DNA of 60,587 nucleotides from Stramenopiles sp. TOSAG23-6 (Eukaryota). The stretch is from contig LT635916.1 in NCBI GenBank assembly GCA_900128565.1, positions 1-60,587 of the forward strand. The letters run 5' to 3'. This document shows, one piece after another, positions 32,038 through 43,324 of the stretch. Position numbers and translations under genes: made by a program. The notes under the pieces were generated by a model that saw only the letters and a list, made by a program, of their open reading frames with translations, was not told the origin of the DNA and searched no databases. How positions within the stretch are numbered: position 1 is the stretch's first letter; every line of letters starts with the position of its first letter.

Positions 32038-34437
32038 ATGGACAAATCTATTTCAACATTAGCATCTGGTGGAACCCATACCACATTCCATAATACTTCA
32101 TTCGGATGGAATGTAAAAGTATGCAAGGCACCAATACTAATAAATGACAAAACCAACGTGAGCTCGGAGTACTCGCAGAATTCCTGGTGCCGTGATCTTA
32201 ACCTAACTCTTCATGCGGAACAGCATCTACCTGAAGCGACATTTGGTGGAAATATTCTCGAGCTAAGACATTTATCCAGCGGCGTGCATATTAGATTCTG
32301 TGCAATTGAAGCATTGCGTTGTTGGGCATTACAAGGGTTAGATCCTGTTGCTCATTTATCAAAGAATGTGAAGCAATGTGAATGGGATTACACTTTTACT
32401 ACAGCGTACCCTGGTTCAACTTCAATGGAACAGGTGAATGCTTCACAAGTACCTGGAAGAAGCATATATTCGCGAACTGCAGTTGATCTTGCCCGTGGCC
32501 CTCCCATACTACGCAAACCATTGTGTAAGTGCGTCAGTGGTGGTGTCCCATTAGTCAAATTCAGAAACGATAGTGATGCATCCAAGTCCACAGTTTCTCT
32601 TTCTGATATTTCCCCAAGCGTACCCCCCTCTCCGCAGTGGAGACCAACTCACGAGAAAGTAGATATTAGAAATTTAATGAAAACACAACCCCATCCGCAA
32701 TTTCGAGAAATAATTGATTTGTGGCGGGACAATCTTGACCCTCAAAGCTTATGTTTTCTACGTGCAAAAGTATTTGTTTGTGCGAATTTTTGGGCTCTTT
32801 ACTTGCGTTGTTTTGCACGCGTAAATGGAGTTATGGCACGGGTGATCGATACTCGTTTTGTCTGCAAAGCGAGTGAACCAAATATAGTTTTGCGGGAGCG
32901 ATCATGGAGGGAAGGTAATTGGGAGAAATATGCTGGGAAGGATGCAGCTGCTTATTTAGACTTTTATGGTGGCGATGGTGATGAACTTGCTGTGCAGCGA
33001 CTACCTCTACTGCGTCCACCAATTACAGAAAAGTTGACTATTCCATCACATACTAAGACTTACATTGGTAGTGATTATACAGCAGTAGGTTCGAATTCAT
33101 ATCTTTGGAAGCGGAATTTACGATGTGAGTCAATTTCGGTTTGTCAATACAAGCCAATGACATTTGCTAATGAAACACATTCAATGTCTTTTGATAATAC
33201 CGATACCATGATAGTTGTTGTTACTGCAGAGGGTCGAGGAATAGAAATGTTGAATGCTGCTACTGGTGATACAAAATGGTCTAGGGCATCACCTGAAGGA
33301 ACAACGATTGTCTCTGCTGCTGTATACCCTTTTGCATCGTCGACACACGAGTGTAGGTTGGCATTAGGAACTGAGTGTGGTAAAGTATACTTGGTGAAAA
33401 CAAGTAGTGGCGAAGATATTTTACATTTTCCCGTCGTCCCAGAAAAGTCGACGAAACAAAATTCTAGGACTAAAACAGCAATGAATAGTTGGGTTGATAA
33501 TATTGCTTGGAGTTCCAATGGTGAGAGTATTGTTGCTGCTGCTGGGCGAATCGTAGTAGCTTACAACATACAAAATCGTGTAGTTGTTGGGAAAAAGTGT
33601 GTCACTGGAACTATTCACGCACTTGGCTTTATAGAAAATACCGTAATTATTGCATCGTATGGTGGGATAACGTTTTTTGATACTGTTCCTACCATTGATA
33701 AAAGCATCATTGTAAACGAGGTAAATGGTTTTAATAGTATTGAATTGATTCCTGTTACACTAGAAATTGGTGCAACAGCCGTGCTTTCAATATCCGTGTC
33801 TTCCGACGGTCGGTATCTTGCCGCGGGTTGTTTAGATAATCGAGTTCGCATATTTGAAATTGAATCCACAGAAAAGGATACATTTGTAAAATGTAAAACA
33901 TCAAGTACTCGCGATTGGGTAGGTATTACTGGCCCCGTCACTTCTCTTTCATGGAGTTGCAAAAGTAGATGGCTTGCTGCTTGTGGTGGTGATACCTTAT
34001 TAGTAATCCCAGGTGATTTACCTTCTGGTGAACCTCCAATAGTATGCATACCCCCAAGACAGAAAACTTCATCATGTGGAGAAGTACAAAAAAGGTTTAA
34101 AGCAATTTCATGGGCACCAAGCGTTCAAGTGGAATCTCTTTTGGCTGCAGTAGAGTCGAATAATGGCCGAGCATATATATTCAATGTTTTATACCGGGAC
34201 GATGGTGTACCGCGAGTTGCTAATCCTATCTACGCAATTGAATGCCCAGAAAATAGTATTTATTCTGGTACTACTTCATCATTGCAAAATCTTGCTTTCT
34301 CATCAATGTTTTCAATAGATCATCCCACGCTCATAATAAGTCATGGTGACGTTATTGCGAGTACCTGTGTGCCTTCTAAAATATTAGAAACAGCCAATGA
34401 ATGTGAACAAAGTGAGAGAAAACATGAAACTTTATGA
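32038..34437 (+). CDS. TIP41-like domain fused to a WD40 beta-propeller
   Basis: LPEATFGGN, WDYTFTTAYPGS, LRCFARVNGVMARVIDTRF (TIP41-like); WVDNIAWSSNG, ISVSSDGRYLAAGCLDNRVRIF, VTSLSWS (WD40). Confidence 0.8.
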   Translation: MDKSISTLASGGTHTTFHNTSFGWNVKVCKAPILINDKTNVSSEYSQNSWCRDLNLTLHAEQHLPEATFGGNILELRHLSSGVHIRFCAIEALRCWALQGLDPVAHLSKNVKQCEWDYTFTTAYPGSTSMEQVNASQVPGRSIYSRTAVDLARGPPILRKPLCKCVSGGVPLVKFRNDSDASKSTVSLSDISPSVPPSPQWRPTHEKVDIRNLMKTQPHPQFREIIDLWRDNLDPQSLCFLRAKVFVCANFWALYLRCFARVNGVMARVIDTRFVCKASEPNIVLRERSWREGNWEKYAGKDAAAYLDFYGGDGDELAVQRLPLLRPPITEKLTIPSHTKTYIGSDYTAVGSNSYLWKRNLRCESISVCQYKPMTFANETHSMSFDNTDTMIVVVTAEGRGIEMLNAATGDTKWSRASPEGTTIVSAAVYPFASSTHECRLALGTECGKVYLVKTSSGEDILHFPVVPEKSTKQNSRTKTAMNSWVDNIAWSSNGESIVAAAGRIVVAYNIQNRVVVGKKCVTGTIHALGFIENTVIIASYGGITFFDTVPTIDKSIIVNEVNGFNSIELIPVTLEIGATAVLSISVSSDGRYLAAGCLDNRVRIFEIESTEKDTFVKCKTSSTRDWVGITGPVTSLSWSCKSRWLAACGGDTLLVIPGDLPSGEPPIVCIPPRQKTSSCGEVQKRFKAISWAPSVQVESLLAAVESNNGRAYIFNVLYRDDGVPRVANPIYAIECPENSIYSGTTSSLQNLAFSSMFSIDHPTLIISHGDVIASTCVPSKILETANECEQSERKHETL

Positions 34438-34502
34438 TGTTATAAATGAATATTTTTTCAAAAATATTTTTTTGTATATTTTACTCTTCTGTGATCTTTT
34501 CT

Positions 34503-37450
34503 TTAAATTACAATATCTTCATTGTGATCAAGTTTTTCATTAGGTAGCCTTAACCGCAATTCACTTAGATTTTCTAAACCAGATGTATTACATTTTTCAA
34601 TGCCGGTGGAGTCATGAGTTTCGTTTTCATCAGATGCCATCATTCGAGGAGATATCTGGATAGTAGCATTAACTTCGGAAGGATGTTGTAAATTTATATC
34701 AATCGGATTAAGTTTAGTGTTATTGAGTAAACACCAATCAGAAAATCCTTTCTTCCATACATATGTTCTACTGGTGATGTCACCGGTTGATATCAGTGTT
34801 TTTAGAGTAGAGTCGTTTACAGGGCCCTTTCGCTTTCTTTCAGCATTAATGAAGAACCATTTATGTGGTTTTTGCAGTAGTTTTGGTAATGTTAATAAAT
34901 TGGCGGCCACATTGCCTGCTTTTGTCCAGTCTTTCATGGTATTACTCCATATATATGTCTTCTTGGTCAAACTACCGTTCGTAAATTTTTTTAATAGTGT
35001 GTCTTGGTCTATTGGACCTTGTCGAATTCGTTGTGAATCTAGATAATACCACTTAATATCTTTTCTATTCTCTTTCGTACTCATTTTAAAAGTATTATCA
35101 GAGTTATCACCCTTTTCTTCGCCATCAGCTTCGTCTGCATCAGAAGAAGAAGAATTATGATCTCTTGATAAATGTTTCTTTGCCTTTTTGTTTATTGGAG
35201 TTTTACTCGTTAATTTATCTGCAGTTGTTGCATTCATAAACGCCGCGAGGAGAGAAGAACGAATTTGAGGAGTATCTTGAAAAACATTTGAATTCGCAGA
35301 CTTTTGTGAACGCAAGGTTTCAGAATCATCTTCATCTTGTTTCTCGAATAAATTGCTCCCCAATTTATTTCCACTGAACAAAAACTGACTTCGCTTTGTT
35401 TTGCCGCGATTTGTTTGTGGTGTAATCGTTGAATTCCCAGTAGGTATCTCAAAACTCACAGATTCCCTCAAAGGCGATTTAAACTTATATGAACTATTTT
35501 CTCTATTATTATTTGCAGATACATCATTATTACTTGGGAATTCATCGGAACGGATTGTAAAATCAGTGTCACTTATATCTTTAAATACTTTTAAATTGGA
35601 TATTCGAATCCATTCTTTCATACCACGTTTCCATGAATACGTTTTAGGTTTTAGAAATCCATTCTTCAGCATTATGCTTATAGCATTTGCTGAAACTGGT
35701 CCACACTGTTTTCTTTTGCTATCGATATAATACCATACTTTCTTATTATTAATATTATGTGTAGTAGAATGTTTATTACTCTGCATACCCACTTTATGTG
35801 TTTCTACAGAAGATTTCGAGTCTGTATTCATCTTCTTAGCAGCGGCCCTTGCTAAGGCTTTTGCAGCCGGTGTTGTTAAGACTTTTGTACGAGTTGAAGT
35901 AATTGTATCATATTTAAAAGAATATTCAGATGTATACGGATCTGATGTTTCTTGTAATTTAGAGAATTCTTTCTTTGTGCCTACAAATCGAGTCTTAGCT
36001 TGACAAAAACGTTTGTACACATCCCTTAATTCAGAAAGATATGTCCACGTTTTCAGCGCCTTATGCCACATATATGTCTTTGAAGTTATGACACAATCCA
36101 AAAACAAAATATATAAATCTACCTCGAGCAATGGACCACATTGATTACGGTTTGCATCAATAAAAAACCATTTAGTTTGGTTGTATTTGGATTGGGCTCC
36201 TGATGGAAATTTTGATGCATGTTTTTCATGTTTTTTAAATTCGTTTTGGGCTTTTTTATCATTCAGAGGATTTGTACTGCTTGGCGATGTAAAAGAATTT
36301 GAATTTGTATCATTAAGAAGTAATCCAGGAATTTGAAACGCACGCTTCCAAGAGATCATTTTAGTATTCCACACGTAAGACTCAAATGAGATTAGAGTTG
36401 AGCTTATCAACTTTTGTAATGCTATTGTTGATATTGGCCCACGCTTACGTTTTTTTTTGTCGAGATAGTACCAGTTTGTGTTTTTGAAAACTTCATTATA
36501 ATCAAGTTTGGAATGTGAGAATTTAGTAGTTTTCTTTACAGAATCTGAACGCCATGCGTTGTAAATTTGACCACGTGGTTTATCATTACAATCTAGCATC
36601 TGGTATTTCGTTTCTATCAATTTACACTTTATCCTTTTCCCTGAATCACATAGAATATCAGCCTCATCAGTATTAGTATTATATTCCATGAAAGATCCTT
36701 TGCACCATTTTTTATTAAGTAGTATAGAAATCCGTGAAAACTTTGGGGGGATGTGCTTGTTATCTGGACGTCGTTTGTAACTATAACCACGTCTTTCCCA
36801 AGGATTAGTTTGAGTTTTGTTTTGGTGTTCTTTTTTTTCATTTTGATTACTATTATGTTTATATTTTTTATACTTGGATGTTTTATCATCTGAATCTTTT
36901 GTTTGGTTGCTTCTACTCTCTGTATTATTATTATTTTTACCAAAATTAAACCTTTTCCAACGTTCAGAATAAAAGTTGGATTTGAAATCTTTGTATTTTG
37001 CTTGGAAAGTATCATTGAATTTGGCCGAATCTTGAGAACTGTAGACATCTTTAGCTTTTCGAGAAGATGTACGTTTCTTTACTTTATCTGTACCCAATAA
37101 TCGATCTTGTGACGAGTCATATCTTCGTCGTAAAACTTCATCGGAGAGAATTTTATAGGCGTTGCGGACGTCAATGAAAGCTTCCGCACTTGCGTTGGAG
37201 TTAGAAACCTGCTTATCAGGGTGCACTTTTAGTATAGCCTTTTTATATGCTGTTTTAACTTGTTCGCTTGAAGCACTTTGTGAAATTCCTAAAATCTATA
37301 TTTGTAAAGAGTATAAGGATTTGTAGTAAAGTGAGAAAATGCTGTGAAGAAAACTAGATATTACCAAAAATTTAAAGAAGAGGTTTCAGATTGATCAAAA
37401 CTTACGTGGTATAGATTTTTCTTTGTTTTCAACTTGGGTTGCCGAGGCAT
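34503..37450 (-). CDS. DnaJ-domain protein with five GYF_2 (DUF4339) domains; exons 37450-37406 and 37295-34503
   Basis: Spliced N-terminus MPRQPKLKTKKNLYH|ILGISQSAS...VHPDK; five W(Y/F)(Y/F)...GP...YxW...W units. Confidence 0.88.
37296..37405 (-). other. Canonical GT-AG intron (110 nt)
   Basis: Minus strand GTAAG...AAATATAG; removal restores the J-domain start LYHILG. Confidence 0.9.
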
Positions 37451-37657
37451 TATTAGCTAACTGTAAACGTTGAGACAATAGTGGAAATTCAATGAAGAAA
37501 GAAGTGTCATGTATTATCAATTCCCATTCCTACACTAGCTGAGTAAACTTGATTGACCACAGAGACACAGACACAGACAGGAGGTTGTTTTGAAATTTGA
37601 TTTGAATGATGATGGAATTTGTCCAGAATGATGCATGTCAAAATTCGCGCGCGAGGC

Positions 37658-37672
37658 CTAGGGTTAGGGTTT
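37658..37672. promoter_or_regulatory. Telo-box-like motif CTAGGGTTAGGGTTT
   Basis: ~90 nt before ATG 37762 in a divergent intergenic region. Confidence 0.55.
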
Positions 37673-37761
37673 CATTGATGTGATCATCTCGAGAGCAACT
37701 GAACACACCAGTCAATGTTTTAAATAATATTGCCAGAAATTTATTCTATTTTTCTTGTACA

Positions 37762-38691
37762 ATGGGCGACGTTGATCCAGGGCAACATAGATTTGAATTA
37801 GAAAACAGAATGTTGGGAAAGTCTCGTTCTAGTTCACGAGTAAAGAAAAATTTCCATCCAACATTCAAGAAAATTCGTCGTTTTTCCGGTCCCTTTCTTT
37901 TTGTCTTTTTGCTACTCATTATACGCTTAAGTGGCTACCATGAATACTTGACTCTTTCTACGTTAAACGAGCATTACACTGAGATGAAGTTATACACATC
38001 TCGTCATCCAATATTTAGTGCATTTTTATATCTTTTAACGTATTTCATCGTCGTAACACTAACGATACCTGGTGCTACTGCTCTTACGATTTTATCTGGT
38101 ACGTTATTCAATCAACCGCTAGGCTTCTTCTGCGCTATCTTTGGAGCTACTTTAGGAGCGTGTGGATGTTTCTTATTTGTCAAAGTAACGCTTGTCCCAT
38201 CTATTAAGGACGTGTTTCACTTAGACAAATGTGCTTCTTCGAAAAATGTTTCATCGAAGTCTAGTCAGGACCCACTTTGTATAGCTCGAGAGTGGTTGGA
38301 TGTTAATAGTATTTCCTCCTTAGTGGTATCTCTAACATTTCTGCGTATTGTACCAATCTTACCATTTTTTGCTGTGAATATGGCTTGTGCTTTGTTGGGT
38401 GTCAATTTAAAAATGTTTGGTATTTCCACATTGATTGGCTGTATTCCAGGGGGGCTCTTATATTCCAGCGTTGGTAAAATACTAGGTGATATTCTAGAAA
38501 AGGGCAGTAAAAAAGATAAAAATGAAGAAATATTTTCTTTTGTTCCAAGTAGAATTTTATGGGAATCCCTTAATGAGCCTCTCATTTTCAGATCAGTAGT
38601 ATTCTGTTTATTATGGGTTTTCACTCTCATTCCTCTCAAACTATTTCTAAAATCAAAACAACATAATACTTCCAAGGATAAGAATGAATAA
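37762..38691 (+). CDS. TVP38/TMEM64 (VTT/DedA superfamily) membrane protein
   Basis: IPGATALTILSGTLF, GATLGA, LRIVPILPFFAVN, STLIGCIPG. Confidence 0.9.
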   Translation: MGDVDPGQHRFELENRMLGKSRSSSRVKKNFHPTFKKIRRFSGPFLFVFLLLIIRLSGYHEYLTLSTLNEHYTEMKLYTSRHPIFSAFLYLLTYFIVVTLTIPGATALTILSGTLFNQPLGFFCAIFGATLGACGCFLFVKVTLVPSIKDVFHLDKCASSKNVSSKSSQDPLCIAREWLDVNSISSLVVSLTFLRIVPILPFFAVNMACALLGVNLKMFGISTLIGCIPGGLLYSSVGKILGDILEKGSKKDKNEEIFSFVPSRILWESLNEPLIFRSVVFCLLWVFTLIPLKLFLKSKQHNTSKDKNE

Positions 38692-38829
38692 TTTCATTGT
38701 GACCCAACTGTAAATGAATAAAAAACAATAATAATTGAGAATATGTGCTATAGTATTAAAAGATATATATAATAAAACTATCATTAAAAATATAGAAGAA
38801 ATTCGACTACCAGATTTATTTTCAATTTA

Positions 38830-41800
38830 TTATTCTTCCCAGATGTATTGACCATAGCTTTCATATTCTGACTGTTTTGTAGCAATCCATTCAGCTGCTT
38901 CATGCCCCGCAACTTCAAGAGGTGTCTTACCATCAAAAGCTGGAGTTTCCATAATTAAACCATGATACAATAACGTTGCCATTGCATCAAGAGCGTTTGC
39001 TTTTGCAGCATAATGAAAAGGAGACCATCCCTTATGATCCACAAGTTCAGGTTGTGTTGCTCCGACTAATGCTTCTACATAGTGTACATAATTATTTGAA
39101 CAAGCTCTATGCAACGGAGTACACCCTTCTACATCTTGCTCATTAGGATCTAATCCACTATCAAGTAAAAAGGAAATACAACCATGCTCTGCGCTGGAAT
39201 TTTCAGATGCACAACAAAGATGTAGTAATCGCTCTTGATCATCTGAAATATAATCCAGTGATGAACCCATTGCACCTAGAAGCTGCACCGCTGTTGCACA
39301 TCCCACCATCACAGCACATTGAAATGGTGTAAAACTATCAAAATTTGGTTTGTGAATAATCCAATCGTGTTGGTCAGGGGGGACACAATCAATAAGAATT
39401 TGCACTCCTTCACCATTACCAGCAAGACAGACATCATGTACAAGATTAGTACGATAGACTTCATCAAGAATACCACCACCTCGTTTTGCAATCATCTCCG
39501 CACATTGATTTGCTTGATTGAGTAATGCCGCTCTGAGTGGCGAGACACCTTCTTCATCCCACAATGCCGGATCACCACCTCCAGCAAGAATAATTTGGAG
39601 GCATCTAGGAGATGCTGCTTCAATACAAATACGTACAGAAGTTTCTCCTTTATAATTTTCTGTGTTTGGAACAGCACCATTCTCCAAAAATAATTGCACT
39701 GTATGTTCACTAACTGCTGCACAAGCCAAATGTAATGGAGTATTCCCATCCTTGTTTTTTATATGAAGCATATCTGGATCACCTACCATACATAAGTCGG
39801 CTGCATAATCATAAAATTCAGCACTAGCTGCATGATGAGCAATTGTGTTTCCTTGGCTATCTTGTAAGTCTAGACGAACTCCACGTTGAAGAATTTCTCC
39901 AAATGGCCTATTATTATGTTTTGACATTGCTAACATAAGTGGAGTGAAACCAAAATTATCCTGTACATTCAGCTCTCGCTCCGTTGCTTCAAAAAACATA
40001 AAGTTATTCTCTGCTGCATCGAAGCAAGCATTACGACCCATTTTATCTTTTACAGTAATAGAACAACCTTTCTTAAGAAGGTATTTAGCAATTTTGGGAT
40101 GCACACAAGCAAAATGAATTGCTGTTTTACCTTCAAGATTTTGTAAGCCTAATTTAGCACCCTTTCTTAGACACATTTCTATTATACGTTTTGAACCACA
40201 CATTGATGCACCCATTAGAATAGTATTTCCAGTGGATGCATCTGTAACGTCAATTGGTGCACCAACATCAATCATTTCTTGAACCGTACCCATATCATCA
40301 TGCATTGCAGCTAATACTGCTGCCGCTTTCGCCTCTTCAGGCAATGCTTGATTCATAAGTTGTTTTGTTTGTTGGCCTACCATATTACTCCAAGCATGAC
40401 GCAGTATCATCGCTGTTTCTTCATGCTCATTCAATAATGCAACACGCCATGGAGTATGGTCCAATGCATCTTGTAACGAAAGATCTGCGCCCGATTCTAC
40501 GATCATCAGCACAACCTTATCAGCTCCAACAGATGCTGCGTAATGTAATGGAGTATTGTGTTCTTCATCAAAGGCATTAACATTAGCACCTCGATCGAGG
40601 AGGCAACGTACGACCTTTTCACGTTTCTTTAGTGCAGCAAGGTGTAATGGAGTCTGTCCATTTGTATTCTTTTCATTAACCTTGATACCACGAGCTAATA
40701 ATGCCAATGTAAGTCCATGGAAACCTGACTTGGCTGCTCTATGTAACAGCGTATCACCATAAAATTCTATTTCTGCATCTTTAGTGACAAGATACTCCCC
40801 AATATCGGCATGTCCATTACGTATTGCGAGTTGTACGGCAGATTCCCCTCGGTCGTTGACGTGATTAATCTCCATACCAACACGCAACATCTTTCGAACA
40901 ATTTTCTTCCAACCCCATTGGGCTGCTATTAGTAACACAGTATTTCCATTTGGATCCATTGATTGAACATCGTATATTTTTGAGGTATTGAAACCTGCTA
41001 GTAAGGCATCTACTGCCTTCAAATTTCCAAGTCGAGCTTGTACAAAGATATTCTCTTGCTGACTGTCCATTTCATCTAACGCAGCAATTCGGCCAAGCAT
41101 TCCACGGATTCCACGCTCTATTAACATAGCAGCGCACCATTCTGTTTCTACCTTCATTCGATGCCTTTCCTTTCTTGCTATTGAGCGGCCCAGATGACCT
41201 CGGAAGACAGCCTGTATTGATAGTGCAGAAGCATGACTGAGTTCCTGTTTCTCTTGATTCCGCATTGCGATTACTACACGACGCTCCATTCGACCTCGAA
41301 ATACTGCTTGAAGAGCTATTGCAGCATCATTTGTAAGCATTACACGACGCACAGTAAGCTCTTTCTTGACGAATTTAAGTGAAAGATAACGTCTGTAAGG
41401 GCGTTGAATCATTGACGCCGCAATGACTTGTAATAACAACCGACGTTGTTTGGCATGTTGTGAGTGCATCACACCACGAAATACTCTCTGTATTATAGTA
41501 ACTGCATGATTTCGTTCACCTAAATACCATCGCATGCGTACATTCGCTACATGTCGTCTGGCAAAGCGCTTCCGTACAAGACATTGTACACTAGTAGCAG
41601 TATAGTTGAGAACTTCTTCACATAATGTAATCTTTTCTTTTGCTGATGCACGCATAGCAAAGAAGCGACGTACAACAGACTGTATTTTTGTTGCACCGTC
41701 AGCCTTTTTAGTCTGTGCCCTACGTAAGTTTTCTTCCATTTCTCTTTGTAACCGAATACGTTGCGACATTGACTTATAACTCTTTTTCAACCTCGCTTTT

Positions 41801-42282
41801 GCTATTAATCGTTTTCGTTCCTTTATGAAGTATAGGCGCATTAAGTAACCCCTAAGACTTCTTTGTATAATAGTAGCTGCATTTGTCTCACATTCTTCAC
41901 GCTGTCGTCGCCTCTCATCTAGCTTTGAAATAAATAACTCCTCTTCAAGCCACAAAGCTTGGTTTTTTCGTGCATGCTCAGTGCGCTCTGCTTCGGCTGG
42001 TTCTCGAAGAGGTGAGGTGTACTTAGGATCTTTCAAGGGAACTTGAATACGCCTCGCACCGCGATTCCATTTCTTACCTGTATTTACACAAGTTTTAGTC
42101 GTTGTTACAAGAGATATCACGTCACTATGTGTCGTTCTCCATGTACCAAAATATAAAACAGGTGCGACGCACATTGCTTCTCGCATAACTATAACTTGAT
42201 CTTGTGCAAGTTCACTTTGATTACGTAACCATTTATCTATGTCTTGATTTTCATGATCGGGATTAATTATAGACCCTTCCAT
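38830..42282 (-). CDS. IQ-motif and ankyrin-repeat protein
   Basis: Multiple IQxxxRG motifs followed by a long ankyrin array (GQTPLHLAA, NTPLHYAA, GNTPLHLAC). Confidence 0.9.
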   Translation of the reverse strand: MEGSIINPDHENQDIDKWLRNQSELAQDQVIVMREAMCVAPVLYFGTWRTTHSDVISLVTTTKTCVNTGKKWNRGARRIQVPLKDPKYTSPLREPAEAERTEHARKNQALWLEEELFISKLDERRRQREECETNAATIIQRSLRGYLMRLYFIKERKRLIAKARLKKSYKSMSQRIRLQREMEENLRRAQTKKADGATKIQSVVRRFFAMRASAKEKITLCEEVLNYTATSVQCLVRKRFARRHVANVRMRWYLGERNHAVTIIQRVFRGVMHSQHAKQRRLLLQVIAASMIQRPYRRYLSLKFVKKELTVRRVMLTNDAAIALQAVFRGRMERRVVIAMRNQEKQELSHASALSIQAVFRGHLGRSIARKERHRMKVETEWCAAMLIERGIRGMLGRIAALDEMDSQQENIFVQARLGNLKAVDALLAGFNTSKIYDVQSMDPNGNTVLLIAAQWGWKKIVRKMLRVGMEINHVNDRGESAVQLAIRNGHADIGEYLVTKDAEIEFYGDTLLHRAAKSGFHGLTLALLARGIKVNEKNTNGQTPLHLAALKKREKVVRCLLDRGANVNAFDEEHNTPLHYAASVGADKVVLMIVESGADLSLQDALDHTPWRVALLNEHEETAMILRHAWSNMVGQQTKQLMNQALPEEAKAAAVLAAMHDDMGTVQEMIDVGAPIDVTDASTGNTILMGASMCGSKRIIEMCLRKGAKLGLQNLEGKTAIHFACVHPKIAKYLLKKGCSITVKDKMGRNACFDAAENNFMFFEATERELNVQDNFGFTPLMLAMSKHNNRPFGEILQRGVRLDLQDSQGNTIAHHAASAEFYDYAADLCMVGDPDMLHIKNKDGNTPLHLACAAVSEHTVQLFLENGAVPNTENYKGETSVRICIEAASPRCLQIILAGGGDPALWDEEGVSPLRAALLNQANQCAEMIAKRGGGILDEVYRTNLVHDVCLAGNGEGVQILIDCVPPDQHDWIIHKPNFDSFTPFQCAVMVGCATAVQLLGAMGSSLDYISDDQERLLHLCCASENSSAEHGCISFLLDSGLDPNEQDVEGCTPLHRACSNNYVHYVEALVGATQPELVDHKGWSPFHYAAKANALDAMATLLYHGLIMETPAFDGKTPLEVAGHEAAEWIATKQSEYESYGQYIWEE

Positions 42283-42583
42283 GTGTATATAATTACTATG
42301 AACTAACTAAAACGAGCCTGTCGTACTCAACGACAATGACAAATCACTTGAGCAACTTTGCTCAGTTCCGATTCTTGTGTGACAGAAATATCTTGACATA
42401 AAAACTTTGTCGTTACCGTTACCTTTTTTGTAGGTCAACGTTTCTTACGGATTTTTGTACCAATTCAATCGGTCAAAAGTGATGTTTTTCTCTCACAGTT
42501 ACAAAATAAGTAGCTATTTGCATCCATGAAGAAGATGCTTCCCTTGAATCTTAAAAAAAAAGAGCAACGAAACAGAATAATTG

Positions 42584-43192
42584 ATGGCTACTATTTCTGT
42601 ACAATTGGATGGTTATGCTCAATTTGTAACACTTAAAGTTGTTTCTGCGTCTGATCTTGGACTATCGGGTAATAAAAATACATCAAAAACAAAAGTAGAG
42701 CTTGATATAGAGTCAACTGAAAGCCAGATCAAAAGTGTGAAAAAGGTTAATAGAATAGTAAATACACCGCAAACGCGCAAAGTAGTGAAAAAAAATTTCT
42801 TTGCCATCAATAAAGAAAGTTGTAAATTGGGTTCATTGGCTCGTTTTCATAGAGGAAATGTTTCAGTGGAGGAATACACGAAATCGATTGAACAGAGAGA
42901 ACAGATGGAATTAGAAAAAAAAAGAAAAGTAAAAAGAGAAAGGATAAAAAGGTGGAAGAAAAGAAAGGAAACACTTGCACTTTCAAGAGCTAAAATAGTA
43001 GAGACTCAAAGAGAAAGATTAAGCAAACATAAAATAGCAAAGGATCGAGATAAAGCTGAAAGACAAAAGAAGCTTGAGGAAACAAAGTCATATTCAGCAA
43101 TGTTACGTCGCAGAAAAGACATATTAAAAAAAAAACTTGATAAACAAAGAGTTGATTTTTCCTCAAAGACTACACCATCTATAGCAATATAG
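42584..43192 (+). CDS. Basic coiled-coil hypothetical protein; start uncertain
   Basis: ~200-aa K/R/E-rich ORF. Confidence 0.55.
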   Translation: MATISVQLDGYAQFVTLKVVSASDLGLSGNKNTSKTKVELDIESTESQIKSVKKVNRIVNTPQTRKVVKKNFFAINKESCKLGSLARFHRGNVSVEEYTKSIEQREQMELEKKRKVKRERIKRWKKRKETLALSRAKIVETQRERLSKHKIAKDRDKAERQKKLEETKSYSAMLRRRKDILKKKLDKQRVDFSSKTTPSIAI

Positions 43193-43324
43193 GATATTCA
43201 TGGAAAAACAAATATTGGGCTAAAAACACGATATCATATGGTTCTTTCTCAATACGTTGGCTTGATAAACAGTACCAAAAACTAAATTAAATTCTTCATA
43301 TATCAAAGAGTTGCGTTCAATTTA

